In this document: piece after piece, positions 37,400 to 50,202 of the stretch | How the letters are laid out: each line of letters begins with the position of its first letter | How positions within the stretch are numbered: the first letter of the stretch is position 1 | DNA from: Octopus sinensis | Lineage: Eukaryota | Length of the DNA: 64,000 nucleotides | Direction: 5' to 3' | Assembly (NCBI RefSeq): GCF_006345805.1 | Contig: NC_043002.1 | Coordinates: 33,976,001-34,040,000, forward strand | Notes under the pieces: model-generated | Seen by the model: only the letters and a program-made list of their open reading frames with translations | Databases searched by the model: none | What the model was told of the DNA's origin: nothing | Program-made: the position numbers and the translations under genes

Positions 37400-38830
37400 T
37401 GTATGAAAGATATGATAAAAATACGGTTTTTAGCCAAAGCCCTCACTGGTAAAGAACAACAAAACAAATTTTTCTGGGTTGGTAGCAGCAATGAAGTGGA
37501 TGGTGTAGGTATATTAATAGCTGAGGAATGAATAGATAAAGTAATTGAGATACAGAAAGTGAATGATAGGATAATTAAATTTAGACTAGCTACTGGCAAT
37601 TTGACAGTAATACTCTTTCTACTATAGGCAAAAAGCGTGAAATTTTGTGGAAGGAGGCTAGTCTATTACATCAATCTCAGTTCTCAATTAGTATTTATCT
37701 AATTTATTGACTTTGAAATGATGAGAGGCAAAGTTAACCTCAGCAGAATTTGAACTCAGAATGTAAAAACATATGAAATGCCATTAAGCATTTTGCATGG
37801 TGTACTAATGATTCTGCCAGATTTCTGCTTAATTTGACTGTAATGCTGATCCCTTTATACATACTGCAGCAAAGGCAGGCCAATCAATCAAAGGACCGCT
37901 TCTGTGTGATCCTTCAACAGACTACTTCAGTGATGAATGACAGTGTCCTCATTATTGCAACTTGTGACTTTAATGCACATGTTGGACTAAATGATGAGGT
38001 CTTCCAAACTGAACATGACAGCTATGGATATGGTATTAAGGAATGAGGAGGGATCAAGGCTCCTGAAGTTCTGTGATGCAAATCATCTAAAGATTTGCAA
38101 CACTAACTTCAGGAAATCAGCCAGCTTCTTGATCATGTATCACACAAGCAAACTCATGAACCAAACTGGCTTCATTCTCTCCAGAAAATAAGACAGATGG
38201 TTGGTTTTTGGAGAATGTGCTATCAAGCACAAGTTAATGATTAGTAACTTTAGAAGAAGAGCTCGATGGATACAGAGATTCAAGACAGTTTAGAGAAGAA
38301 AGATATGGAAGCTTAAAGAGCCATCAAACTATCAGCGTTTCAGAGATGCACAAGTTGAAACATTTGAAGAGAAAGAAGAAGAGATAGCGACTTGTAACAT
38401 AGAAGAAAATTGGGATTTTCTAGAGACAACCTGCTGAAGGCCTCAAGCCAAATGTGTGACTGGTGCGAGATCCCAACCATATGGAAGGGAAATACTGCAG
38501 TTGATAGAGTCATCTACTTCTTCTAAACTTGGATAGACTACAAGAAGAGGAGTTACATAGAAAACAAACTATGAAACAAAATAAAAGAAACAAGACATCA
38601 AGTATATTTAGCAGAGAGAGAGGAGCAGAATGAAATAACCTTGCATATATTCTGCAATGTGAGAATCAGAATTGTGAGGTGTTCAGAAGTGCTAGGTTTT
38701 GTACAAGAGAAAATTGAGATGTCATTGGGGAGATGTGTATATGAAATGATAATGTCATATTTGCTATCACTGATGTTGAAATGAAAGAGACATGGAAATA
38801 CTACAAGAGGAGTATGCTGAATGTAGACCC
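37400..38830 (+). mobile_element. RTE-type LINE endonuclease fragment, interrupted by a SINE (~37620-37825)
   Basis: FFWVG...GVGILIAE, NDRIIKFRL, CDFNAHVG, RNEEGSRLLKFCDANHLKICNTNFRK. Confidence 0.85.
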
Positions 38831-39800
38831 AACATAAGAATCAGCCATATATATATATATATATATATTATTTTCAAATTTTGGCACAAGGCTAACAGTT
38901 TTGTGGAAGGAGGTAAGTCAATTACATCGACCCCCAGTGTTCAGCTGGTACTTATTTTATCAACCCTGAAAGGATGAAAGGCAAAGTCAACCTCAGCAGA
39001 ATTTGAACTCAAAAATGTATGAGTTGATATTTGAGAAAAGTTCTTATGAATGCAATTACTACAATATATCATAGATGAAGCGTTCACCAAAACTGTGTAT
39101 AATGTTTTTAACAAAAACTGTCTCTTGATTGCGTTTGTGCTTGCATGAGGTTGCGTCAAAAAGTGTATGCATATGAGTTGTGAATACCATTTACATTGAT
39201 AATGTACATGGTTGGAACTGGAAAAGAACTTAGTGATCATATTCCAGATCTATTTATTGCTATAACAAGATTCAAAATGACAAAGATTTTGCTTAAGCCT
39301 TTAGCATCCAAGTTACTCTGTCAAATGCAATGCTTGTTTATTCACATTGTTTTTAGATAATCATGCATTATCGGGGGGGGGGGGGGGCTTTTTCAACCAG
39401 TTACCCCAATATATATATATTTACACTGATGTTACCCCCTTGATTTGAAAGGAAGAAAATAATAGATTCTTAGAATTCAAAAGGTTTATTGAATCTATTT
39501 ACACGTTCATTACATTAACAGATTCAATGTTGCCAGAAGAAACATTTTTGTCATTACCAGGAACATGTTTTTTATGTAATTTTACTTATGTCTAATGAGT
39601 CCTCATTACTCCCTAGAATTTCATTTTTACCCCACTTGGGGTAATTTACCCTGGTTCCCTTACCCCTGGTTTAAAATGATACTGTAGGATAGGGGTGAGA
39701 GGCTGCACCTGGCTGATTTGAACATAAAACCAATAGAATATTTCTGTAGAAAATGGCTGGTTTAAATGCTAAGAAGGTTAAGAAACATAGAGTGGCTATA

Positions 39801-40200
39801 GGTGCAGGAGTGGCTGTGTGGTAAGTAGCTTGCTTACCAACCACATGGTTCCGGGTTCAGTCCCACTGCGTGGCATCTTGGGCAGGTGTCTTCTGCTATA
39901 GCCTCGGGCCGACCAATGCTTTGTGAGTGGATTTGGTAGACGGAAACTGAAAGAAGCCTGTCGTATATATGTATATATATATATATATATATGTGTATGT
40001 TTGTTATCTGTGTTTGTCCCCCCTAGCATTGCTTGACAACCGATGCTGGTGTGTTTACGTCCCCGTCACTTAGCGGTTCGGCAAAAGAGACCGATAGAAT
40101 AAGTACTGGGCTTACAAAGAATAAGTCCCGGGGTCGATTTACTCGACTTAATGCGGTGCTCCAGCATGGCCGCAGTCAAATGACTGAAACAAGTAAAGAG
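39801..40200 (+). mobile_element. SINE family B, CpG-rich full-length copy
   Basis: Closely matches 7756-8195. Confidence 0.85.
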
Positions 40201-40987
40201 AGATGTCATCTGATTACTTGAAATCAGTCATGTGACCAGACTGTATTGTTTTGCTGCTATGTCAGTTATGTATTTTGGTCCTAGTTGTACCCCAAAATAG
40301 ACTTTAACCAATCAAAATGGATATAAGCAGTTTAGGTTGTTTGAAGTTGCAATTGTAAATAGTAACCAATGGAATCACAGCTAATGTACATGTAATGGTT
40401 GAACAAGGCTAAACTGAATGTGAGCAAAAATTTATGTACAGCCATGTATATGTGTGTATAAAGTTGTCTATGTGTATGTGAGCATCAGCTTATGAATATT
40501 TTCACTGTGTCTTTGTGTTCGTGCTGTTTTTCATATTGTGCAGAAATGGTGTGAAACAAGTATGAAAGACCAAGAGGAGCAGAAAATGGTCACAAAGTTT
40601 TGTAATGCATCTACAGCCTGGTTTTTGATCTTGTTCTTTTGTATCAGTGTCAGAAACCAGGTTGTACAAAATACTGAAATTTTTTGATAAAATTTGCTGA
40701 TAGTCTGTAGTATATAATCAAGAAAAAGAACAAAAGTAAATATACCTGATGTGGCATATATATTTACACATCATTCAATTTTATCATGAAATTTTAAAAA
40801 AAAATTTAAGTTTTGGCTAATGAAAGTTTACAGGTTAATTGTTTTATTTGTTGACAGTATTTTGCATACATTTACGTATGCAAAATATTGTCAATATTGT
40901 GTGTGTGTACATGCATACCTGCATGTATAATGTTTGCACTATGTAAAATATATCACTGATATGCTTTACTGTGGTTACATTACTACT

Positions 40988-41025
<38 letters not shown>

Positions 41026-41092
41026 ACATATATATGTATATATACATATATATAGACACACACATATATACATGTATATATGTAAATATCTG

Positions 41093-41141
<49 letters not shown>

Positions 41142-41291
41142 ATATATATATACTTTATTTTAAGCAGCAGAAAATTCAACAAAATCAGATTTGTTGAATT
41201 TTCTGCTGCTTAAAATAAAGCATATTACTCTACCACTGGTATTTGAGTACTCTTTTTTCCACCTTGTTTCACATTTATGTGTTTACTCCGG

Positions 41292-41339
<48 letters not shown>

Positions 41340-42320
41340 CATATATATATGTATGTATGTATGTATTTATGTATATAGGCATACATCCATGTATATATTG
41401 AATGGTACAGATATAGACTTACATAACTGTATCAGTCAATAAATATAGCTTTCTATTTCCAATGATATTGAGGTCTACCTGTTTTGTCATCACATGCAGT
41501 TTGTCATCATCATCATCATCTTTTAACGTCCATCTTCCATGCTGGCATGGGTTGGACCATTTGACAGGAGCTGGCAACCCACAACACTGCACCCTGCTCT
41601 ACTGTATACTTAGGTATGATTTTTACAGCTGGATGCCCTTCTTAACAGTAAGACCCAGCAAGCCAAGTGAGACCGTAACTGTGGCCTATGCTAGTGCAGT
41701 ATAACTGGCCCATTTAAGACTACCTTTCAATCATTGGGCAATAAATTGTTCTTGCGAAGACCTATTGAGTCAAGTAAAGTCATTGTCGTGGCCGATGCCA
41801 GTACTGCCTGACTGGCACCCATGCCAGTGACATGTAAAAAGTGCCATTTGAGTATGATCATTGCCAGTGCTGCCTGACTGGCTCCTGTGCCAGTGGTACA
41901 TAAAAAGCACCATTCAAATGTGGTCATTGCCAGTGCTGCCTGACTGGTTCTTGTGCTGGTGGCACATAAAAAGCACTCAATACACTCTTGGAGTGATTGG
42001 CATTACCAATTATATACGTTTTTATTATTTTTTTTGCAATTTACTCAATCATTGGTATTTTATTGTTATTTTAATTTTAATATTTCTATTATATGTAATT
42101 TTCTAGATGGTGTAATTTAATTGTTCATTTTGAATTGATAAAAGGTGTTTTTTTTCTAATTTTATATATATATATTATATTATATTGTGTGAAATTTGAT
42201 TTAGTATTTCTAAATTGAATTTTTTCCCTGTAAGTTTGGATTAATATTCCCTCAAATAATAATAATAATAATAATAATAATAATTATTATTATTATATTA
42301 TTATTATTATTATTATAACA

Positions 42321-42352
<32 letters not shown>

Positions 42353-42585
42353 TTTTATAGAAGGAGCTTCTACAGGACTAGAACTGTTTCATTCAAAAGA
42401 AATCATCATGAATGAAACAGTTCTAGTCCTATAGAAGCTCCTTCTATAAAATAAATAATTTACTCTGCTATGTATTGAGTACCTTATTTACTGTGGTTAA
42501 CCCTGACTCAACCCGGGACCTACATATATATATATATATATATATATGTATAGGTATGTATATAGAAAGTAAGATGTTATTCATT

Positions 42586-42649
<64 letters not shown>

Positions 42650-42745
42650 ATCAACATGTGATCTTTCAACATGTGATCTCTTGAGCACCACCAGCAAAAA
42701 TATTTTTTTCCTCTGTCTTCCCTTCTTGGGATCTTTCCTTCTCCT

Positions 42746-42783
42746 TGTTTCCGACGAAGAGCTCCGCTCGAAACGTTATGCCC
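42746..42783 (+). ncRNA. Minimal hammerhead-like motif with CCGACGA core
   Basis: CCGACGA-A-GAGC-UCC-GCUC-GAAAC-GUU; stem I poorly formed. Confidence 0.35.
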
Positions 42784-43611
42784 TCCTTCCCTTCTTTCCT
42801 GAGCGTCACTAATACTTTAATTGTTCCACGTCCTCGCGTTGCTGTGTTTTTTCTCTTTTTTTCTGTGTTTTCTTGTTTGGATTAACTATATATATATATA
42901 TATATATATATAATGCTCGAAATGAGGAGTAGATAGGCAGCTGACAACTGATGAATGGTTGTTCCTTATGTTACTTGTCCTGTTTCCATTTGTTTCTCTC
43001 GTTGTTTACATATTTAACTAATTTGTTCTCATATTTCATGTCGTTTACTGTTTGTGATGTCCTGTACCCATATATGCATATATCATCATCATCGTTGACC
43101 GTCCGTTTTCTGTGATAGCATGGGTTGGACAGTTTGACCGGGTTCTGGGAAGCCAGGAGGCTGCACCAGGCTCTAGTCTGATCTAGCTGTGTTTCTACAG
43201 CTGGATGCCCTTCCTAATGCCAACCACTCCATGAGTGTGTTGGGTGCTTGGGTGCTATATGAAGTAAAAGATGGCCATAGGAAGAGCATCAAACCATAGA
43301 AACCAAACCAAAATGGCCTTTGAAGTAAGACATGGTCTCTGATCCATTTAGGAGGGTAGTATTTCCAAATAAGAACTAACTCAGGTCATGATGATCTGTC
43401 AAACCGCTATCTAGTAAAGAAGTAAAATATGGGAAATGCTGGTGATATATATTGCTTGAAGAATCATACTTAGTGATGGTGTCATATTAATAATTGTGTG
43501 AATCATCAGCTTCAAATGAATATATGAATTTTATTATATACATTGAATACTTGTTCTCTTTTTGTATATCTAAACATCTTGTCCATCCTGTTGTCCACAG
43601 CTGAACTGAAC

Positions 43612-43746
43612 ATGGGTAATGAAGAGACATTATATGAAGGAAGCTGTAATAAACTGTTCGTCAAATTACCAGACAGATGGGAAATTGTATGGAAAGTAAC
43701 CAATTTGGTTATGGCAGTTTTCTTCTTCTTGGCTGCTTTTGTTAAT
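43612..43746 (+). CDS. TMEM220: TMEM220-family protein, coding exon 1 (MGNEE...WKVTNLVMAVFFFLAAFVN)
   Basis: Acceptor GTCCACAG ending 43600, ATG 43612, donor GTAAGT 43747; matches the recalled TMEM220 N-terminus W..CN.LMA.FF.LAA.V. Confidence 0.9.
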
Positions 43747-44192
43747 GTAAGTATTCATTGTGTTTGTGGAGTGGTGTTGTAGTAATAATGTTGTTAGTGT
43801 TATTTTTGTTGTTTAACACCAGGTCAGCCCTGATCAAGCAGAGCTATGATCTGAGTTATTGTACAAGCTATTGTACAAGAGTCAGGACAATATTTCCTAG
43901 TGTGTCCTTTTTTAAAAGAAGGTATGGTATGGTTTGATAGAAAGATTTGGCTGTTATTTCTGCATGGTCAGTGGTGGTGGTGGTGGTGGTCATGGTGGTG
44001 GCTGTAGTGTTTTGGGGAATGGTATGTTTTGGCATGGCGTAGTAACATTTCAGTGGTGGTGATAGTCATGGTTGTAGTGTTTGGGGGAGGTGTGGTATGT
44101 TGTGGCTTGGAATAGTAAAATACACCTGTTTACACCAGTACACACACACACATAGGTACACAAATATATATATATATATATATATGTGTGTG

Positions 44193-44233
<41 letters not shown>

Positions 44234-44239
44234 ACAAAC

Positions 44240-44300
44240 TCATAATATTAGTGTCAACAGCAATGAGAATAGTCAGAATGGCAGGTAACAGGTAGACTGG
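44240..44300 (-). pseudogene. Antisense duplicate of TMEM220 coding exon 3 within intron 1
   Basis: 58/61 identical to the reverse complement of 48434-48494, with the upstream acceptor region also copied. Confidence 0.9.
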
Positions 44301-44576
44301 CTGTGAACAGAGATAAAAGACATTGATATGATAGATGAACTCTCCTGTGTCTTTATTGCTACAGAAATACAATCCTCCTGTGCCAATTAGTTTAGAGAAC
44401 AATCAAGTATTTGGAAGATTTTAGTGAAATAATTAACATTTTCATGATTAACCTAGTCTTTGGAACATGACTTAAGCAAAGGTTCAAAGTTAAAATTATG
44501 ATATTTTGATTTAGATATAAACATTTTGATATTGATAGTTATATATAATAGAAACAATGTCTATCCTAGAATACTT

Positions 44577-44796
44577 ATTTCTTTACTACCCACAAGGGGC
44601 TAAACAGAGAGGACAAACAAACGGATTAAGTCGATTATATTGACCCAGTGCGTAACTGGTACTTATTTAATCGACCCCGAAAGGATGAAAGGCAAAGTCG
44701 ACCTCAGCGGAATTTGAATTCAGAACGTAGCAGCAGACGAAATACCACTAAGCATTTCACTAGGCATGCTAATGTTTCTACCAGCTTGCCACCTTT
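44577..44796 (-). mobile_element. SINE family A inserted into the left duplication arm
   Basis: Imperfect 17-bp TSD TCTATCCTAGAATACTT / TCTATCCCAAAATACTT at 44560-44576 and 44797-44813. Confidence 0.85.
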
Positions 44797-45732
44797 TCTA
44801 TCCCAAAATACTTGGTATTAAAAGAATTAACCTAATCCTATTAATGAAGCCACTGAGTGACAGAACCAATGTGAGTTAGATTAAATGTTTTTCAGTTATG
44901 ATAACTGTTCAGTGTTTGTGTAGTAATGGTGTGCCATGGCCCAGTGCCATCTACAGGAGAAGGAAGTAAAAATGCATGGTATTGTTGGGGCAGTGGTGTT
45001 AGAGTGGTTATTCTGTTAACTTACTTTTACACAAGATCAAACTTCTTATGAGAGAAAAAAGTTAACCTGACTAAATGTGTCTCTTTTAAAAGACAATAAT
45101 ATTAAAAAATAAAGGTATTTTAGCTAACATTGAATAAATATCATGTGCAAAAAAAAGATAAAGTTGACATGCTATTAAAAGAAAGGACGGGCTTATTGTT
45201 TGGAGATAAAAGGACTATCATGGACACATGTTTCTGGCCCAATAGCAGAGTCTCTCATTTCAAGGATCCTGTGAAAACGTGTCTGGTCCTGGGGAAATTT
45301 GACCTTGCTTGGCAATAGGCCAGGCATCAAACCATAGAAGATCTACCTTAACAAATTATATCTAACCCTTGCAAGCATAGAAAAATGGAAGATGAATAAT
45401 GATGATGTACTTTATTCATTCCTGTCTCATCAGTTAATCCAGTGATATCTTTTAACCAAACATCCTTTAATACATTGCATTATTATATCTAGAGATGCTC
45501 TCTTATCCAATAACAGCTATCCAATGTCCAATATATCTCTTTATCTAATAATACATATCAGATGATATCCTTTGATCTCACAACAATATCATGTAATGCT
45601 ATAAAATGTTCTGTTTTCTCAATATTAATCTTACAATGAGTAATCTATTCATCTCACTCTTTAAATGTTTTTAGTCTTATCACTCTTTATGCAGTATTAT
45701 TAATTAATCTCATTCTATATCGTTTCTTACAG

Positions 45733-45762
45733 CACAATGATAGTGATTGGTACATCTGGATT
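45733..45762 (+). CDS. TMEM220: TMEM220 coding exon 2, 30-nt micro-exon (HNDSDWYIWI)
   Basis: TTCTTACAG acceptor, GTAAGT donor, phase 0/0; matches the recalled VNDPDAEVWV segment. Confidence 0.88.
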
Positions 45763-46126
45763 GTAAGTAGGATTTATTTTAATCTTAATTTCCATCTCTG
45801 ATTATCATCTCTCTGTATTATGAATATGACTTTATCATTTCTCTTTTTAACCCTTCTTAAGTAAAACATAACCCCTTATTCTTCTGATCCCTTCTTAATT
45901 CATTGACAACAAAGTTTAGCAAAGTTTCAACATTGGTGATTCATGTTTGTGAGATACAAAACTATAAAATTATAGAAAACAATGTGTGAATCTCAATAGA
46001 CAACGGAAAGCACACACATACATATGTACATACGTACATACGTATGTATACATACATACATACATACATGCATGATTGAATGCATACATACGTACATACA
46101 TGCATTCATACATACATACATACATA

Positions 46127-46976
46127 CATACATTGTGACTAAGTATCAATAAGACATTAGGGTTAACAGAGATTGAGTGTTAATGATTAAAGTAAAGATT
46201 AAATCAGAGTAATTCATTCATTAATTATCAATATACATACACACAAGTAATATGTATGTATGTATGCATAGTCATAAAACGAGACAGATGAGTGACACCT
46301 GGCCACTGGTGGTGGTGTAACACACCATACTAATCATATCTGTCGGGCATGTGGAAGAGAGAGTAATTCGGCAGGAGGACTTAAACGACATGCAAAGGTA
46401 CATGAAGCCCTGTTACAACTACAGCCGGCTATTACCAGTAAAGGTTTTAGTTGCCAATTTTGTACAAGACATTGTAGATGTTTAGTTGGGCTAAAACGTC
46501 ACATTCGATCACAGCATGCATACATTATGGCTGCCCCCTCGTTATCGAGTATGGCCATTGCACGAAGCTTAACTGTTACTGGTGCTGTGATCGAATGTGA
46601 CTTTTTAGCCCAGCTAAACATCTACAATGTCTTGTACAAAATTGGCAACTAAAACCTTTACTGGTAATAGCCGGCTGTAGTTGTAACAGGGCTTCATGTA
46701 CCTTTTGCATGTCGTTTAAGTCCTCCTGCTGAATTACTCTCTCTTCCACATGCCCGACAGATATGATTAGTATGGTGTGTTACACCACCACCAGTGGCCA
46801 GGTTGTCACTCATCTGTCTCATTTTATGACTATGCATACATACATACATATTACTTGTGTGTATGTATATTTGATAATTAATGAAATGAATTACTCTGAT
46901 TTAATCTTTACTTTAATCATTAACACTCAATCTCTGTTAACCCTAATGTCTTATTGATACTTAGTCACAATGTATG
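46127..46976. repeat. Long inverted repeat (390/394-bp arms, 66-bp spacer)
   Basis: 46127-46516 vs 46583-46976; I count 4 substitutions and 4 single-base homopolymer indels. Confidence 0.95.
46526..46831 (-). mobile_element. 5'-truncated RTE-like LINE 3' end encoding two C2H2 fingers
   Basis: CRACGRESNSAGGLKRHA and CQFCTRHCRCLAGLKSHIRSQHQ*, then a short 3' UTR; candidate TSD ATGCATACAT at 46516-46525 and 46832-46841. Confidence 0.65.
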
Positions 46977-48433
46977 AAAACCAGTACCTCAGTCATTTGT
47001 GACACTAACTATATCTTCAATAATCACTGACTAAAACCTCATTAATCATTGACTAAAAGTTCCTTAATCACTTAGCACAAATTAAAGGTTCCTTAATCAC
47101 TATTTGTTAATCTACTTTAAACATTTGCATTAAATTATCTCTACTCTCTCTGATCTAATTTTCCTAATTACTTTCTCTTAATTTTCTTAATCTGTATTAC
47201 CTAAACTTTCTTAATCTCACTGACTTAATCTTTTTTAATTTCACTTTATTCTATGTAATTGGAAGATGTTTGAGTTACTGAAATAGCAACACACCAGATC
47301 AAATATTGTAGAGTGTTTGATTTCAATGCTCTACATTCTGAGTTCAAATCCTGTTAAAATCCATTGTTTCCACAACCCCTCTGGGCTCAACAGAATAGAT
47401 CCTAGTCATATACTGTGATTTGTACAAGCAACTGTATATCTCACATATCTTGGCTTTGTGTCAGTATTCTGTAAAAAAATTTGGTTTCAGTTCTTCTTCA
47501 TTAATCTTCTCATACTCCTGTGTGAGTTTATCCTCATCATATAATTTCTATTCTGCCCACTCTATTGCAATGACTATCAGTCCAGTTACTGGTGCAGCCA
47601 TGCCTCCCACAAATGGTCACATCTTAGTTGTTCTGCTGGATCAAGGACTGGTAGTTCTGTCTACTAATGACTATATGGTACCCTATTAGCAAAAGCATGG
47701 TATATTACAAAGTCAATTCTATGTGATGACTGTTATATAATTTCTAACTCAAGCACAAAGTGAAAGGTTTGGGATGACAGCTGTAGTTGACTAAATTGTC
47801 TCCAGGATATGACTGGTACTTATTTCATCAATCTTAGAAGGATGAAAGGCAAAGTTGACAGCTGAAGGAAATTGAGTACCAGCTCTGGAGGGATGTAACT
47901 AAATACTGAAAAACATTTAGTGTAACTCACACTGGTTCTATCAATCAGTGACTTCATTAATAGGATTAGGTTAATTCTTTTAATACTAAGTATTCTGAGA
48001 CTGACTTTGTCAAGTTATAACAAAAAGTTAGTGAAATATTTAAAATGTTTATAGTTGGATAGATAGACGAATATAACAAAATTATTTGACAAAAAATGTG
48101 AATTTTTCAATTATTTTCTGAGATTTTACAAAAACAACAAAAATTTTTTTTTTAAATATTATATATAACTATTATATATTATATATATATTATATATAAC
48201 TATCAATATCAAAATGTTTGTATTTAAATCAAAATATCATAATTTTAACTCTGAACCTTTGCTTAAGTCGTGATCTAAAGTCGTGATCATGAAAATATCA
48301 ATTATTTCACTAAAATCTTCCAAATACTTTATTATTCTCTAAACTAATTGGCACAGAAGGATTGTATTTCTGTAGCAATAAAGACACAGGAGAGTTCATC
48401 TATCATATCAATGTCTTTTATCTCTGTTCACAG

Positions 48434-48494
48434 CCTGTCTACCTGTTACCTGCCATTCTGACTATTCTCATTGCTGTTGACACTAATATTACGG
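48434..48494 (+). CDS. TMEM220: TMEM220 coding exon 3 (PVYLLPAILTILIAVDTNIT)
   Basis: TGTTCACAG acceptor, GG|GTATGT donor, phase 0/1. Confidence 0.9.
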
Positions 48495-48922
48495 GTATGT
48501 ATGTATGTATGTGTGTGTGTGTGTATTTTTATGTCTGTATATGTAACTCTGCATGTGTGTGTGTGTGATGGTTTGAACAAGTGTATAGCATTATGTCTAT
48601 TTATGTGAAAAAATGACTTAACTGTTTCGTAAATAGATATTGATAAAATAAATACAATTTGGATTGATATGTTTGACTAAACCCTTGAAGGCCAGATTCA
48701 ATGACTGAAGCCATTAAAAAAGTAAAGAAAGAAAGAATATAACATTACTGTGCAACTGTTTTATTATTATTATTATTATATAACCATCGTCATTATATTA
48801 CAATACAACCATTACTGTTGCTCGTTGGTCTATGCTATTAAAACAAGGACTATATCACCATACCACTTATAGTACTACTGTTCTATTGCTTCAGAAACAA
48901 GAAATCTATCACTGTATTACTA

Positions 48923-50202
48923 TTGGGTTAGCAAGAAAGTAATTTCATTCTTCATAAATAGATAGAGTTACAATTTTTTTTAGTGACTTTTGTCAATGTT
49001 ATGATTTTTCCCTTTTGACATTTGATAGCTGTTACTTTTAGTTTACTTTAGAAGCAAATTGCACATAATTTTTTGTTTACAACTGTTAGTTCAATGTCAA
49101 TTTTGACATGGAGTGCAAAAACAAGCATTTTTGCTATATTTTGCTTTTTTTATTTCTGTAAAGGCAAGAAAGCTGCTGAGGCTCAGAAAGAGATACGTGA
49201 AGTTTATGGTGTTGATTGCTTAACAGAACGCACGTGTCAGAAATGGTTTGAAAAATTCTGTTCTGGAGATTTTTCACTCAAAAATGACCAATGTTCTGGT
49301 CTACCTACTGAAGTTGATGACCAAATCCAAGCCATAATTAAATCTGATTGCCATATAACTGTATGAAAGATTGCAGAGAGGTTAAATGTATCATACACAA
49401 CAATTGAAAATCACTTAAAATGTCTTGGACTCGTTAAGAAGCTTGATATTTGGGTTCCACATAAATTAAAGAGATTTACTTAACTCAATGAATCAATGTT
49501 TGTGCTATGCATCTCAAACGCAATTAAATCCACCTCTTTTTTAACCGAATCATCACTGGTGATGAAAAATGGATTGTCTACAATAACATCAATTGAAAAC
49601 GACCATGCTCCAAGCATAATGAACCAGCACAAACCACATTGAAAGCTTAAATGAAAAAATAACAGCAAGTTATGCTGTCAATTTGGTGGGATTACAAAGG
49701 TGTTGTGTATTTTGAGCTGCTTCCAAAGAACCAAACAATCAATTCAGATGTTTACTAACAACAACTAATGAAACTAGAGGAAGCAATCAACAGCCAGAAT
49801 TGGCAAATCATAAAGAAATCGTGTTTCATCATGACAATGCTAGACCACAACATGCCTTTGCTAACTCGTAAAAAAATATCGGAGCTTGGTTGGGAAATGA
49901 TGTCACATCCACCATATAGCCCTGACCTTGCACCATCAGATTATCATTTATTTCGAAGTTTGTAAAATTCTTTGAATGGTAAAACTTTCAATAATGATGA
50001 TGACCTGAAATCGCATTTGCTTCAGTTTTTGGCTAAGGACCAGAAGGTCTATGAACATGGAATTGTGAAGTTGCCAAAAAGATGGCAAAAGTCATTGAAT
50101 AAAATGGAAAATATATAATTAATTAAAGTTCATTCTTTGTATGAAAAAAGAAATGCCTTTTTTTCACACTAAAAAACCGAAATTACTTTCTTGTCAACCG
50201 AA
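48923..50202 (+). mobile_element. Full-length (1280 bp) inactive mariner element in TMEM220 intron 3
   Basis: TIRs TTGGGTTAGCAAGAAAGTAATTTC / GAAATTACTTTCTTGTCAACCGAA, TA at both flanks; ATG 49108; WVPHKL, ITGDEKWI, YSPDLAPSDYHLF motifs with stops and frameshifts. Confidence 0.95.

Noticed and set aside
46296-46652. Host C2H2 zinc-finger gene
   Set aside because: No linker consensus, start codon or splice context; finger type, 3' UTR and TSD fit an RTE ORF2 tail.
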